Source: Octopus sinensis | Taxonomy: Eukaryota | DNA: 64,000 nucleotides | NCBI RefSeq assembly: GCF_006345805.1 | Contig: NC_043020.1 | Coordinates: 23,002,001-23,066,000 of the forward strand | Reading direction: 5' to 3' | Shown: positions 63,264 to 64,000 of the stretch, one piece after another | Layout: each line of letters begins with the position of its first letter | How positions within the stretch are numbered: the first letter of the stretch is position 1 | Notes under the pieces: model-generated | The model's database searches: none | What the model was told of the DNA's origin: nothing | The model's input: only the letters and a program-made list of their open reading frames with translations | Position numbers and translations under genes: made by a program

Positions 63264-63565
63264 CACGTGATCACCGTAACCGACCACGCTATCAGATGTT
63301 GCTACACATCACTAGTCACACTGCGCTTCGCATTGTTTTAGCCTTCAAATGACGCCACCCGCTGGCTAAGCGAGCAGGCCAACAGAAGAAAGAGTGTGAG
63401 AAAGTTGTGGCGAAAGAGTACAGCAGGGATCGCCCCCCCCCTGCCGGAGCTTCGTGGAGGTTTAGGTGTTTTCGCTCAATAAACACTCACAACGTCCGAT
63501 CTGGGAATCGAAACCGTGATCCTACCACCGCGGGTCCGCTGTCCCACTGGACCATTGTGCCTCGA
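63262..63565 (-). mobile_element. SINE family E
   Basis: Reverse complement of 12615-12897. Confidence 0.8.
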
Positions 63566-63582
63566 CACACACACACGCACAC

Positions 63583-63644
<62 letters not shown>

Positions 63645-63653
63645 AAATTCATG

Positions 63654-63715
<62 letters not shown>

Positions 63716-64000
63716 CAGATACATAGATAAACAGATATATATATATATAGAAATATAAATATAGATACATAGATACAATCATACACACATACACACACAC
63801 ACACGCAAACACATATATATATACACATACACATATACACGCGTGCATTCACACACACGTGTGTGTATGATTGTATCTATCCGTCTCTCTCTATATGTAT
63901 GTATATATCTATGTACGTGTGTGTATAGGTGTGTGTGGTGTGTGTGTCTGTGTGTCTGAATTCATACGCAGCACACAGATGCAGGTAGCTTCAGGGTAAT

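Overview
Eukaryotic, extremely repeat-rich DNA, most likely from an octopus (inferred from its tRNA-derived SINE families and very high (TA)n/(CA)n/(TATG)n density; not verified by search). Host genes: two phase-compatible plus-strand coding exons ending in a stop (1079-1178, 2874-2971) and two weaker orphan exon candidates (27319-27467, 59169-59312); I cannot identify the proteins. Mobile elements: remnants of at least three Penelope-like element (PLE) lineages (40.9-45.2 kb; an inverted pair at 51.3-57.2 kb; fragments at 23.1-23.8 and 48.8-49.7 kb), a 5'-truncated RTE LINE with a target-site duplication (60.9-63.2 kb), many SINEs and several local duplications. The main signal no ORF track shows is about 21 type I hammerhead-ribozyme (HHR) motifs found by eye, roughly one per 3 kb on both strands. 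Most have a palindromic stem III and lie near (TA)n tracts. They include recurrent core variants (U3:A8, U4C, A6U, A9C/G, extra nucleotides beside stem II). Some sit in PLE pseudo-LTRs; others sit in non-coding units (a ~317-bp retrozyme-like repeat, a covarying ~190-nt structured RNA, a 4x ~480-bp tandem array, a 1.6-kb foldback) and one is sense-oriented in a predicted host intron. HHRs in PLEs and retrozymes are established biology; the specific families, variants and architectures here are candidates for novelty and untested. Nearly all ORFs in the supplied track are microsatellite or antisense artefacts.
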